Of a stretch of 64,000 nucleotides of DNA, positions 36,851 through 46,699 are shown in pieces. The position numbers and the translations under genes are program-made. Source of the DNA: an uncultured Pseudomonadales bacterium. GTDB lineage: Bacteria > Patescibacteriota > Microgenomatia > UBA1400 > PJMF01. Below the pieces are notes generated by a model. The model saw only the letters and a list, made by a program, of their open reading frames with translations. It searched no databases and had not been told where the DNA came from. The DNA lies in contig CAYUQY010000003.1 in the NCBI GenBank assembly GCA_964447075.1, forward strand, positions 7,463 to 71,462, given 5' to 3'. Position 1 is the first letter of the stretch. Each line of letters opens with the position of its first letter.

Positions 36851-39313
36851 ATGTATTTAGTTCTTGTAGAGTCTCCCACCAAAGCCAGAAAATTAAGCTC
36901 ATATCTAGGCAATGAGTATGTTGTGCGCGCATCTGTTGGTCATATTCGGGATTTACCCAAGTCAACTCTAGGTGTGGATGTAGACAAGAACTTCCAGCCT
37001 GAGTATGTCGTGCCGCCAGAGAAAAGCAAGGTGGTTAAGGAGCTAAAGTCTTTGGCTACCAAGTCAGACAAGATTTTTTTGGCTACAGATCCAGATCGAG
37101 AAGGTGAGGCTATTGCTTGGCATCTTCAAGAAATTCTTGGTTCTAACTATCACTACTTTCGCTCCACCTTTCACGAAATTACCAAGCAAGCTGTGATGGA
37201 GGCGATAGACAACCCCATTAAGCTCAACTTAGCTCTAGTTGATGCTCAGCAAGCCAGAAGAGTCTTGGATCGACTTGTAGGCTACACAGTTTCTCCCGTC
37301 TTGTGGCGCAAAGTAAGATCTGGGCTTTCCGCAGGTAGGGTCCAGTCAGTGGCCTTGAGGTTGATAGTTGAGCGAGAAAAAGAGATTTTAGCTTTTGTGC
37401 CAGAGGAGTATTGGGAGGTAGATGTGTTGCTTGCGACAGAGAGCGTGCAAGGCGTCTTGAGTCAAAAGTCACAAGTACCACCTCTCTCACCTAGACAAAA
37501 GACTGAACCCAAGTACTTTGTAAATAATAAAATGGAGGTTGTTCCTGAGGGTATGCTCCTAGCCAGAATTGTGGAAGTAGCTGGCAAAAAGTATCTGCCT
37601 GTGACTCAAGCTGATGTCACACCTATTTTATCAAACTTAAACTTAGCTAACTACAGAGTGCAGAGTGTAGAGCGCAAAGAGCGAAGTCGTGTCAGCCTTC
37701 CTCCCTTGACTACCTCAATGATGCAGCAGCAGTCAGCCAACCGTTATGGCTACACATCCAAGAGCACTATGAGGCTTGCCCAGCAGCTATACGAAGAGGG
37801 TTTGATCACTTATCACAGAACTGACTCAGTAAATTTGTCCTCACAGGCAGTGAGTATGGCTCGAGAATTTATTGGACAAAAATATGGTCCAAGTTATGTG
37901 CCAGAGAAACCCAGATACTTCTCGACCAAGACTAAAAACGCTCAGGAGGCTCATGAAGCCATCAGACCAACCAATATTTTAGTTTTCCCTGGAAAGATTG
38001 CTAGTGACTCAGCTTTCTCGCCTCAACATGCAAAATTATATGAGTTGATTTGGTCAAGATTTGTAGCCAGTCAAATGAGTGCGGCAGTTTATGACCAGTC
38101 AGCAGTGCTCATAGAGGCAACACTGGACAGTGCAACAAATACCTCAACTTCAGCAGCTCCAGCTAATAAGAAAGGTGGGAAAGACTCTACTTTAATCCTT
38201 AAATCAACTGGATCGCTTCTAAAATTTGACGGCTGGATGAAACTATTTCCTAATCATGAGGACACATATTTGCCTGAAGTGGAGGCTAATGATAAGCTAG
38301 GTTTTGTGGAAGAAAACGCAGCTCAAAAATTTACTGCTCCACCAGCGCGCTACAACGATGGTTCATTGATTAAGACTCTCGAGGCTGCTGGAATTGGTAG
38401 GCCTAGCACCTATGCCTCAATTATCTCAGTCCTAGAGGATAGAGGTTATGTAGAGAGAGTTGAAAAGAAGTTTGTGCCAACTGCCATAGGTACAACTGTC
38501 TGTGAGTTTTTAGTTAGCCACTTTGTGACTCTTATGGACTATAAGTTTACAGCTAAGCTTGAGGATGATCTTGATGCCGTTTCTAGAGGTGAGAAGGACT
38601 GGAAAAAATTGATGAGTGAGTTTTATACACCTTTCAACTTGATTGTGTCGGAGGTAATGGAAAAGGCCGAAAGAGCCAGCATTCCTGTCGAGAAGACAGG
38701 CGATATCTGTCCAGTTTGCAACAAAGAGAGTGGGGGAGAAATAGTTATTCGAACAGGTAAGTATGGCAAGTTTTTGAGCTGTAGTCGTTATCCTGACTGT
38801 ATCTACAAGCAAGCAATAGTCAAAAAACTAGAGGGTGTACTCTGTCCTCTCTGCCAACTGCAGGAGGTGATTATCAAGCCTAGTAGGTATGGCAAAGATT
38901 TTTACGGTTGTGGTCGTTATCCAGAATGTAACTGGGCTAGCTGGAAAAAGCCTGGGGTAGGCGAGAGGGTGACACCAGAAGAGTGGGCCATAATCCAAAA
39001 AGAGCGCGAGGAGCGCAAAGTAGCTCGAGAAGCTAAGTATGGAAAATCAGCCAAATTTGGGAGGTTTGGTAAGCTAATTAAGTCAGGAGCTGACAAAGCA
39101 GCTACTTCAGCCAAAAAAGTTGCCAAGAAAAGCATAACTACAAAAAAATCGTCCAAGGGTAAAGTAGATTCAAAGAAAGTTGCTAACTCCAAAGTCGGAA
39201 CTACTGACCCTACTCAGATTAAAGAGGTAGTTAAGAAAAAAAACGTATCCAAGACTGCAGAAACAACTAAAGTGAAGAGCTCTGCAAAAAAGTCTAAAAA
39301 AGCAGTGGTCTAA
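36851..39313 (+). CDS. topA: DNA topoisomerase I
   Basis: Toprim N-terminus (LVLVESPTKARKL...VRASVGHIRDLP), Cys4 zinc-ribbon repeats in the C-terminal half, and a Lys-rich tail. Start at ATG 36851. Confidence 0.9.
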   Translation: MYLVLVESPTKARKLSSYLGNEYVVRASVGHIRDLPKSTLGVDVDKNFQPEYVVPPEKSKVVKELKSLATKSDKIFLATDPDREGEAIAWHLQEILGSNYHYFRSTFHEITKQAVMEAIDNPIKLNLALVDAQQARRVLDRLVGYTVSPVLWRKVRSGLSAGRVQSVALRLIVEREKEILAFVPEEYWEVDVLLATESVQGVLSQKSQVPPLSPRQKTEPKYFVNNKMEVVPEGMLLARIVEVAGKKYLPVTQADVTPILSNLNLANYRVQSVERKERSRVSLPPLTTSMMQQQSANRYGYTSKSTMRLAQQLYEEGLITYHRTDSVNLSSQAVSMAREFIGQKYGPSYVPEKPRYFSTKTKNAQEAHEAIRPTNILVFPGKIASDSAFSPQHAKLYELIWSRFVASQMSAAVYDQSAVLIEATLDSATNTSTSAAPANKKGGKDSTLILKSTGSLLKFDGWMKLFPNHEDTYLPEVEANDKLGFVEENAAQKFTAPPARYNDGSLIKTLEAAGIGRPSTYASIISVLEDRGYVERVEKKFVPTAIGTTVCEFLVSHFVTLMDYKFTAKLEDDLDAVSRGEKDWKKLMSEFYTPFNLIVSEVMEKAERASIPVEKTGDICPVCNKESGGEIVIRTGKYGKFLSCSRYPDCIYKQAIVKKLEGVLCPLCQLQEVIIKPSRYGKDFYGCGRYPECNWASWKKPGVGERVTPEEWAIIQKEREERKVAREAKYGKSAKFGRFGKLIKSGADKAATSAKKVAKKSITTKKSSKGKVDSKKVANSKVGTTDPTQIKEVVKKKNVSKTAETTKVKSSAKKSKKAVV

Positions 39314-39344
39314 CAAGCCTTAAAGTAGTAAAAATAAAAGTAAC

Positions 39345-39983
39345 ATGCACATTGCTCTATTCGGCGGTTCTTTCGATCCGCCACACTTAGGTCACCAGTT
39401 GGTAGCTAGGCAGATTATTGAGCACAAAGTAGCAGGGGAGGTTTGGTACGTCCCAGTTGGTCAACATGAGTTTGGGGAGGTTTTTAGTGGTAGTAAGCAC
39501 TTGCTGCCTGCTCGTGATAGATTGGCAATGTTGCGTCTAGTTGAAAGCGACAAAATAAAGGTCAGTACCTTCGAGACTGATCGTAATCGACCAAGCTTTA
39601 CTCACACGACACTTCGTGAGATGAAGGCTAATTATCCGCAACATGTTTTTTCATGGGTGATCGGTTCAGATCAACTTCCTAATTTTCTTAAGTGGGACTG
39701 CGAGAGTTGTTTATCTTGTGCCTCGAGTATGCTTCAGGAGTTTAGATTTTTTGTTTACCCCAGAAAGGGTTTTGAGATGGCGCCACTTTTGCCGGGCATG
39801 ATTGCCTTGAGTGGTGAAGAAGTAGGTTTTTCTTCCACCCAGATTCGGGCTTTGAGAAAAGATCACCTTGTTGCATCCGAGATACCCAAATCTGTCGGCT
39901 CAGCTTTAAGTAACATCACTGGTCTTGTCGATCCTGCAGTGGAGGACTATATTCAGTCACAGGCTTTGTATAAAGTGAGTTGA
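39345..39983 (+). CDS. nadD: nicotinate-nucleotide adenylyltransferase
   Basis: IALFGGSFDPPHLGH is the (H/T)xGH nucleotidyltransferase motif in a NadD-like context. Confidence 0.8.
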   Translation: MHIALFGGSFDPPHLGHQLVARQIIEHKVAGEVWYVPVGQHEFGEVFSGSKHLLPARDRLAMLRLVESDKIKVSTFETDRNRPSFTHTTLREMKANYPQHVFSWVIGSDQLPNFLKWDCESCLSCASSMLQEFRFFVYPRKGFEMAPLLPGMIALSGEEVGFSSTQIRALRKDHLVASEIPKSVGSALSNITGLVDPAVEDYIQSQALYKVS

Positions 39984-40010
39984 GAGCTCTATCTTTCTTT
40001 ATTTTACCTC

Positions 40011-40601
40011 ATGACTAAACACAGCTCTCTCAAAAAATTGTCCGATCAAATCTTACTTGATTTTGAGAGAGTAGCTGAAAGGGTAACTAAGTATCGACAT
40101 CAGGGTAAAAAAATAGTCCTTACTCAGGGTACTTTTGACATGGTGCATGTGGGACATGCTAGATACTGTGCTCAAGCCAAGAGCTTTGGAGATATTTTGA
40201 TAGTAGGTGTGGACAGTGACGAGAAAGTGCGCCAGCGCAAGGGTCCAGATAGGCCCGTGGTCCCTCAAGAAGAGCGTCTGGAGATGTTGATTTATTTTTC
40301 CTCTGTAGATCTGGTAGTTCTTAAGCCTCTAGATGCTGCCAAGTATCACTTAATCAAGATTATCAAGCCTGATGTACTAGTCACGACTCGTGAGACCTAT
40401 ACACCAGAGGTAATTATAGAGTTAGAGAGGTTTTGTGGAAAAGTGGAAGTACTTGATCCGATGGCGACTACTTCGACCAGCGCCAAAATTAGACGCCTCC
40501 AGATTGGTCTAGCTAAGAAGATGAGTTCTGTCCTCAGTGTCAAAATTGCCAAAACTATCGAGGAGATTTTTGCTGACTTGAAAGGGGAGACAGTCGGGTA
40601 G
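40011..40601 (+). CDS. cytidylyltransferase-like nucleotidyltransferase (RfaE domain II / TagD-like)
   Basis: TQGTFDMVHVGHARY is an HxGH motif. About 195 aa. Substrate unknown. Confidence 0.55.
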   Translation: MTKHSSLKKLSDQILLDFERVAERVTKYRHQGKKIVLTQGTFDMVHVGHARYCAQAKSFGDILIVGVDSDEKVRQRKGPDRPVVPQEERLEMLIYFSSVDLVVLKPLDAAKYHLIKIIKPDVLVTTRETYTPEVIIELERFCGKVEVLDPMATTSTSAKIRRLQIGLAKKMSSVLSVKIAKTIEEIFADLKGETVG

Positions 40602-40615
40602 CTTTTTAAGTGCAT

Positions 40616-41458
40616 ATGAGTGAAAAAAAATCGATCATCATCGCCTACGTTCCCGTCATTCACAAAGGTTATCTGAATTTTTTCCGATCTATTGATGGGC
40701 TCAAAAAGATTTTGATTCTGCCAAGAGATTACTCGAATAAATTTCGATTTCTACAAAAAGATCTCAGAGCACTTGAGCCTGAGGAAATAGTACAGAGTCT
40801 GAATAGTCTGGAGTTGGGTTTTGTAGCAGAAGTTCTAAGTTTGGACAATCTAGCAGAACAACTCGAAGACACTGAGGAAATTTTTCTTCCAGATGAAGAA
40901 GTAAGTCGAGCTTTTGCTCAGGAATTTTTAGTGGGCAAAAATCATCAGTTCAAGTCAATTTTCTTGCGCTGGGACACTCAAAGATCTGTCGCAACGCCAG
41001 ATCCTTTGCTAGATGAAGAGCTTTCTGTATCAGATTTTGATCGAAAAATCATGAGCTTAGCAGCTAGAGAGTCAGGAAAAAGTCCGGATTGGTGGCGCCA
41101 AGTTGGGGCAGTTCTTATAAAAGATGACCTAATAGTCCAAGTGGCGTATAACCATCACTTGCCACTAGAACAAGAAGCCTACCAGGTGGGAGATCCAAGA
41201 GCTAACTTTGGTAAAGGTGTGGAGATAGATAAAAGTATTGCACTGCACGCCGAGGCGGCTCTGATTAGCCATGCTGCCAAGACAGGGACTGCTGTGGAGG
41301 GAGCCAGTCTTTATGTGACGACTTTTCCTTGTCCTACTTGCGCTAAGCTAGTGGCAGCTAGCGGAATTACCAAGGTCTACTTCAGGGATGGCTACTCGCT
41401 TGTAGATGGAGAAAGCGTCTTAAAGGCTTTTGGGGTGAGGATTATTCGAGTGCGTTAG
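40616..41458 (+). CDS. dCMP/cytidine deaminase zinc-binding domain protein with ~140-aa N-terminal extension
   Basis: C-terminal HAEAALISHAA ... PCPTCAKLV is the HAE/PCxxC CDA-fold zinc motif of ComEB-type dCMP deaminases. The N-terminal domain is unrecognised. Start at ATG 40616 (track start is GTG). Confidence 0.6.
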   Translation: MSEKKSIIIAYVPVIHKGYLNFFRSIDGLKKILILPRDYSNKFRFLQKDLRALEPEEIVQSLNSLELGFVAEVLSLDNLAEQLEDTEEIFLPDEEVSRAFAQEFLVGKNHQFKSIFLRWDTQRSVATPDPLLDEELSVSDFDRKIMSLAARESGKSPDWWRQVGAVLIKDDLIVQVAYNHHLPLEQEAYQVGDPRANFGKGVEIDKSIALHAEAALISHAAKTGTAVEGASLYVTTFPCPTCAKLVAASGITKVYFRDGYSLVDGESVLKAFGVRIIRVR

Positions 41459-41462
41459 TTCG

Positions 41463-41930
41463 TCAGATCTTTTTTAGATCTTTGCCAATTTTAAATCTAA
41501 CAGGCTCAAACTCAGGATTTTCTCGATCTGGAACAAAGAACTGGGCGTGAATGTGATTTACTGATCCAGCAGAGTAGTCTGTGTTACCAAATCTTATACC
41601 GACTCCACCGCCAGGGACTTTGAACTCTGTTGCTGCCCAAGTTAGTATTTCCAGAAGCTCATTTCCAGACCTTGGATCAAGTTGAGAAAGATTTTCAGCA
41701 TGTGCTTTGTAGATGATGAGCAGATTAAGTTTTGTATTAGCATGCGGCCATTGGTTGTAAGTTAACGACCAATATTTACCATCTCGCAGAATTGGCTGTT
41801 TATGGTAGCGGGTTAGGTTTTCAGCACAGAATGGACAGTGGCCTTCTGCCATGATTTTTTTCATAACATTGCGCTGCTCATCGAGTCGAGCGTTGTCTAG
41901 ATCTACAAAGGGGGATGTTTTGGTTGACAT
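41463..41930 (-). CDS. HIT-superfamily protein, GalT/Ap4A-phosphorylase branch (HxHxQ)
   Basis: N-terminal CPFC zinc motif and VNHIHAQFF (H-x-H-x-Q) near the C-terminus. Confidence 0.6.
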   Translation of the reverse strand: MSTKTSPFVDLDNARLDEQRNVMKKIMAEGHCPFCAENLTRYHKQPILRDGKYWSLTYNQWPHANTKLNLLIIYKAHAENLSQLDPRSGNELLEILTWAATEFKVPGGGVGIRFGNTDYSAGSVNHIHAQFFVPDRENPEFEPVRFKIGKDLKKI

Positions 41931-42022
41931 AGATGAGATAGAGTTTGAAATGCTTGGTAAAATTAATATTTTGGTAGTTCTTAGATGGTGTCAATTAATT
42001 TGACTTAGCTGAACTGATTTGC

Positions 42023-42919
42023 TTAGATCGCTACCGGAATATTCTTGATACCTGGATGAGAATTATAGTCACTTAGAGTGAAGTCTTCATAGCGGAAGGA
42101 AAAAAGATCTTTTTTATCTGGATTAAGTGTCATGGTGGGGAAGGGCTTCGGCTCACGTCTCAGCATTTCTTCTACTGCTGGCAGCTGATCGACGTAGATG
42201 TGGGCATCTGAGAAGCTGTGGACATACTCGTGAGCCTGCAGGCCAGTAGCGCGGGCCACCATCATCAGGAGGGCAGCATACTCGACCATGTTGGAAGGTA
42301 CGCCTACTGGTATATCTGCTGAGCGCTGGAACATATGAAGTGTTAGCTTGTTGCCAAAGACTCGGAAGTGTATCCAGCCATGACATGGACAGACGACAAC
42401 TTTTTGTTGTTTGCCGCTGCCTCTAATGGTGTACTGAGGAATCCAGGGTGAGATGAAGTGAGTACGCAGCTGGGGAAATTCTCTAATTTGTTCGACAATA
42501 TTTTGAAATTGATTGTATGTGCCACCCTCGCTAGTGGGGAAGTCATGAAAAGCTGCCCCATATGAGCCAGGGCCTAGATCACCAGTCTCTAGACCTCGTT
42601 TAGCGCATTTTTTCTCTGTCACCCAAGCTGACCACCAGCTGCAGCCGTAACTTTCTAAGCCCTTTTGAGTTCGCACACCATTGATAAAAGCACAGATCTC
42701 ACCGATAGCTTGCTGCCAGATGGTCACTGGTAGGCGCTCAGATGGTTTGGGCGCCATGTTGCGCTCAGTGATCATGGGAAAGCCGTTACTCATAAAGAAG
42801 CGCATGGGGGAGGGGGCGATCAAGGTGATGGCATCGGTTTCCTGTTGGGTGGAAGTGCGAGTGCCCTTATCGATAATCTCTTGAAGAACTCGGCGGTACT
42901 GGGTGTCGGGGGAGTGCAT
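42023..42919 (-). CDS. thyA: thymidylate synthase
   Basis: Blocks collinear with E. coli ThyA: DLGPGSYGA, CPCH (catalytic Cys), QRSADIPVGVPSNMVEYAALL (Asn retained, indicating dUMP specificity) and C-terminal YNSHPGIKNIPVAI. Confidence 0.85.
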   Translation of the reverse strand: MHSPDTQYRRVLQEIIDKGTRTSTQQETDAITLIAPSPMRFFMSNGFPMITERNMAPKPSERLPVTIWQQAIGEICAFINGVRTQKGLESYGCSWWSAWVTEKKCAKRGLETGDLGPGSYGAAFHDFPTSEGGTYNQFQNIVEQIREFPQLRTHFISPWIPQYTIRGSGKQQKVVVCPCHGWIHFRVFGNKLTLHMFQRSADIPVGVPSNMVEYAALLMMVARATGLQAHEYVHSFSDAHIYVDQLPAVEEMLRREPKPFPTMTLNPDKKDLFSFRYEDFTLSDYNSHPGIKNIPVAI

Positions 42920-42938
42920 GATGTGAAGAGCTTAATGA

Positions 42939-43487
42939 CTAGACTCTGAGAAAGTATACATCGTCAACTCTGTTTTCATAGACCTTTTGAGCTATTTTTT
43001 TAAAACCACTAGACAGGTAAAGGTTTTGGACATGTGTGTTCCAATCGGCAGAGTTAGTTTGGACTGAGAATATGATATTTCCTTCAAGTACAACCATGCC
43101 AACTTCTTGATTGTATTCTAACCATGACTTTAGCAAAAATTTACCCAAGCCTTTTTTTTGATACTTTGAGCTGATGGAAAAGTCAGAAAGATAAATGGAA
43201 TTTTGAGGGTACTGACTATTATTCTCTAGAGAGCGTTCATAGGCAATAATTATGCCGGCAAATTTTAACTCTTTGTCTAGTGCAATCAAACTATGTTGCC
43301 ATTTTGCGTACAGTTGTCGAGCCTCCTTGGTGGTCGCCAATAGTTTTTCGAGCGTGTATTCAGGAACGAGTGGAATTAGATTAAGACTTGCGCAAATATC
43401 AGATGAGAACTTTTTGACAAGTTTGGGAGTCAGCGGATATACACCAAAGTCATTCATTGAATAGAGTGATTGCATTACTTTCAACAT
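42939..43487 (-). CDS. GNAT-family N-acetyltransferase
   Basis: Acetyl-CoA-binding-like segment QKKGLGKFLLKSWLEYNQE. About 180 aa. Confidence 0.5.
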   Translation of the reverse strand: MLKVMQSLYSMNDFGVYPLTPKLVKKFSSDICASLNLIPLVPEYTLEKLLATTKEARQLYAKWQHSLIALDKELKFAGIIIAYERSLENNSQYPQNSIYLSDFSISSKYQKKGLGKFLLKSWLEYNQEVGMVVLEGNIIFSVQTNSADWNTHVQNLYLSSGFKKIAQKVYENRVDDVYFLRV

Positions 43488-43546
43488 TTATAGGCCCACA
43501 ATTTGTCTAAATAAAAGACTGTAGAGTTAGCATTGACACTTGAAGG

Positions 43547-44704
43547 CTATGATTGCCGCCTCGCTTCAATCCCAAGGAAAAGGGGAATCTCCTCATGAGC
43601 TCGATTCATGGCTTTGGCTTCATCACTTGATGTATTTTCTCTTTTGTAGGTGGGTACTTCTAGCATTTGGCTGACGGCGAAGCCGTGGTCTGCCAGGATG
43701 TTGACGTACTCTGAGACTGGCCGGTGGAAGCTGTGCGAGACGCCGCTCTTTTGACCGGAATAAGCCTTGAGTGGAACGTCTAGGGGAGTGAGATAGCGGT
43801 CGATACGTCGGTAAAAAAGCTTACGGCCTTCGTCCCAACCCCAGCCTGACTGTCGAGGGATGCGGAAACAAGGATGAGTCATGACTAGACAGATGCGACT
43901 GGTCGGCTTGAGCACTTGGGCAGCTTGGGCGATGACATCGGCGAGTGGATCCATATCCTGTATCGAGAGTAGGAAGATGGCCACATCAAAAAGATTTTCA
44001 TGGCTTGTGGATGATGGATTTTCTGAAGAAAAACTGCGTTTGTGGCTTAGTGAAAAAACATGACTCAGCCTTCGACTGTCCCCGACGATGAAGTTACCAT
44101 CGCGACCATGCTGTTTCTTGGCAATGTTGACGAGTGAAGGACTAGCATCCACACCCGTATAGACTCCGCCAGCTTTGACTATGTGCGGCGCCATGACTCC
44201 CTGACCACAGCCGATGTCGATGACTTTTTCGCCAACTTGAATTTTAGCTAGATCAAGAATTGCTGGAATAGCTAACTTCTGATGATGCTCTGAGCCATCT
44301 TTACCCACCCAGCCGTTGTACCAGGAGGCGAGTGGCTCCCATGATGTGCGACTGAAGGAAGCATTAATACTTTCTTTGGTGTTCTTGGGTGGTGTGGCTT
44401 GCGATCGATTTGAGAAAGTTCTTGTTCTACGGCTATCGGCAGAATGAAATTTTTCCCTAGATCTATCTGAGGAGTCAGATGAAGAGTGTGATGAGGGGCT
44501 ATACGTGGAGTTAAGTTTGCCTCGAGAAGAGGAGCTAAATGAGGATCGAGATGAGGTGTCTCTCGAAGAGCCAAGTGATGGTCTAGATTCAGAACCAGAT
44601 CTAGACGCAGACCTAGATCTAGACGCAGACCTGGTGAACTTTCTGGGGGATTTATGCGTATGGAGTGCAGGACCAGTGCGATGATCGGTACTTTTATTTC
44701 TCAT
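43547..44704 (-). CDS. class I SAM-dependent methyltransferase with Ser/Arg-rich N-terminal tail
   Basis: Motif I VIDIGCGQGVMAP...GVD and a Rossmann fold. The first ~110 aa are low-complexity (RSASRSRSASRSGSESRPSLGSSRDTSSRSS...). Confidence 0.6.
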   Translation of the reverse strand: MRNKSTDHRTGPALHTHKSPRKFTRSASRSRSASRSGSESRPSLGSSRDTSSRSSFSSSSRGKLNSTYSPSSHSSSDSSDRSREKFHSADSRRTRTFSNRSQATPPKNTKESINASFSRTSWEPLASWYNGWVGKDGSEHHQKLAIPAILDLAKIQVGEKVIDIGCGQGVMAPHIVKAGGVYTGVDASPSLVNIAKKQHGRDGNFIVGDSRRLSHVFSLSHKRSFSSENPSSTSHENLFDVAIFLLSIQDMDPLADVIAQAAQVLKPTSRICLVMTHPCFRIPRQSGWGWDEGRKLFYRRIDRYLTPLDVPLKAYSGQKSGVSHSFHRPVSEYVNILADHGFAVSQMLEVPTYKRENTSSDEAKAMNRAHEEIPLFLGIEARRQS

Positions 44705-44938
44705 GAAACATATTCTAATCTAGATTATATAATGTTGTGTCTCAAAAAGAGAATCTGAGAATGGTGTAGAATTACTGATATCATCTATAAAACTAAGCAA
44801 GGAGAATCAAATGAGTTACGACGATAGAAACAGAATTTCCACCCCCCCCTCAATGAGAAATGGAGTGAGGATGAGAATGAATTAACAGCCGAAATTAGCG
44901 AACATCTCTCTCCAAATGTAAAAGAAGTTATAATTCAG

Positions 44939-45970
44939 ATGAACCACGGAACCATAAGAGTGGAGCCGTGTGAGTCTGGAGAGACTCCATGTGTTATTAC
45001 TCGAATTATCGTATCTGCAAAAAGTCGGGACGAAGCTCATAAAGTAGCCGTAAAAGAAAATACTTTTAAAGTAACAAAAAGTGATTCAAGTTTAACTGTG
45101 GAAGATGATTCTGAAGGGAGTAGTGTCGGTGGTATCCATCTAGGTGGAAACTACTCGGGAGGTATATCTATTGGTAATATTTCTATTGGAAATATAGTTG
45201 GTGGTGTTGTAGTAGGAGGCGGCACATTTATTAATGGTGTAAGGGTTACGCCTGGTATGGAAAGTGGGTCTCCACAACCTCAAAAAGAAATTGTAATCAA
45301 GCTTCCTAGAGAAAATGAACATAATTTTAGGCTCAGAAATCAGGCAGGGGATGTGCTAATTAATAGTGGTAGAGGACGAGCAGATTTGTTTACTCAAGCG
45401 GGAAAAATAGAGATTGGTGAGTTCATAGGGAGTGTTCAGACTGGAAGTCAAAGCGGTAAAGTTACTATCGACAGGCTTGCAGGCGAACTATCTGGGAATG
45501 TTACAAGCGGTAATATCAAAGTGAAGCATATGAGAGGACCAATTAACCTTCATGCAACGAGTGGCGGAATCACGATTTCTGATTTAGTAGTAGTGGGTAA
45601 GTCAAACAGAATTGATGCAACTTCTGGCAGCGTATCGTTAGGTATAAGTAACATGAATTTGAGATTGAGAGCAAGCACATCGTCTGGAGACATTGATGTC
45701 CCGAGTGATTTTGTGAAGACAAGGGCAAGCGAGTCAAAGGCTAAGAAGAGAGGGGCGACTGTTATTCAACATGGCGGCTCTGTAATCTCAATTGGTGGCG
45801 GTGGAGGAGGCAGTTTTGTAGAGGGTTATTTTGGAGCAGAGAGCGAAGTATCAAATGCTTCAGAGATTAATGTCAATGCAACGAGTGGGTCTGTAACAAT
45901 TGAGAGAACACAAAGAAGTGTTCAAGAAATTCTTCACAAAGAGTCTTCTGCAGAACTTGCAAGGGGCTAG
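44939..45970 (+). CDS. DUF4097/toastrack-like beta-repeat protein (putative adhesin), 3' end replaced by IS insertion
   Basis: Repeated ATSGxIxI / SGDIDV beta-strand units. The last 3 codons and the stop are supplied by the IS left inverted repeat. Confidence 0.55.
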   Translation: MNHGTIRVEPCESGETPCVITRIIVSAKSRDEAHKVAVKENTFKVTKSDSSLTVEDDSEGSSVGGIHLGGNYSGGISIGNISIGNIVGGVVVGGGTFINGVRVTPGMESGSPQPQKEIVIKLPRENEHNFRLRNQAGDVLINSGRGRADLFTQAGKIEIGEFIGSVQTGSQSGKVTIDRLAGELSGNVTSGNIKVKHMRGPINLHATSGGITISDLVVVGKSNRIDATSGSVSLGISNMNLRLRASTSSGDIDVPSDFVKTRASESKAKKRGATVIQHGGSVISIGGGGGGSFVEGYFGAESEVSNASEINVNATSGSVTIERTQRSVQEILHKESSAELARG

Positions 45971-46699
45971 TCACCAATAATCGGCGACTTTCGTATTTCT
46001 TTTAAGAGTTTTTGGTACATTGTTTTTCGATAATTCCAACGAAACTCAGACTCCTTCAAGTGTAACACAAATTTGTCTCTTCTCACGCCCTTCATCTTGA
46101 GTAATCTGGCTTTAGTAAAGCTCCAGAAACTTTCGATACCATTGACGTGGTTTTTCCCCCGAGCAAATTCTTTTTGATGATGGTGGATTCTGTAATGGTG
46201 ATAACCTTGATAGATCAATCCATCATAGCTTCTCCAACCATCAGTAAAAACAGTGCTTTCTGAGAGAACTTTTCCCTGAATAATCGGAAGTAATTGTTCT
46301 CGAGAACAATTCTCAACAACTTGCGTGTAGACTTTGCCACCACGTTTTAAAAGACCGATTACTGGCACTTTCCCTCGAGCACCACGACCTCTTTTTCCTC
46401 TCACTCGTCGAGCTCCAAAATAACTCTCATCGACCTCAACTTCGCCAGAAAACCCTAATTCTTCTTCACATAAATTGAAAATATATTGACGTAACAATCC
46501 AAATATTCTCATCACTGCTTTTCGACTTAACCCAACTTCTAGAGAAGTTCGGTCCACAGTATCGTCGAGGCAAAAATGCTTTAAAAGCCGACGAAAATCA
46601 GCTTCGGAAATCTTTGTGTATTTTAGATAGCGATTCTTGACTATTTTCTTCACCATTTCGACCATTATAGCCGATTATTGGTGACTAGCCCCCTTGCAA
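45957..46699 (-). mobile_element. IS1595-family (IS1016-like) insertion sequence, ~0.74 kb
   Basis: Near-perfect ~24-bp terminal inverted repeats: GGGGCTAGTCACCAATAATCGGC at 45963-45985, and its reverse complement with one extra G at 46670-46693. Both are flanked by palindromic TTGCAA. Encloses a single transposase ORF. Confidence 0.7.
45967..46665 (-). CDS. IS1595-family (ISXO2/IS1016-like) DDE transposase
   Basis: VDESYFGARRVRGKRGRGARGKVPVIGLLKRGGKVYTQVV... is characteristic of DDE_Tnp_IS1595. 232 aa with no N-terminal zinc ribbon, consistent with the small IS1016 group. Confidence 0.75.
   Translation of the reverse strand: MVEMVKKIVKNRYLKYTKISEADFRRLLKHFCLDDTVDRTSLEVGLSRKAVMRIFGLLRQYIFNLCEEELGFSGEVEVDESYFGARRVRGKRGRGARGKVPVIGLLKRGGKVYTQVVENCSREQLLPIIQGKVLSESTVFTDGWRSYDGLIYQGYHHYRIHHHQKEFARGKNHVNGIESFWSFTKARLLKMKGVRRDKFVLHLKESEFRWNYRKTMYQKLLKEIRKSPIIGD

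Noticed and set aside
39000-39313. Lys-rich C-terminal tail of topoisomerase I as a separate feature
   Set aside because: Basic C-terminal tails are a known variation of bacterial TopA C-terminal domains. It is part of topA, not a separate element.
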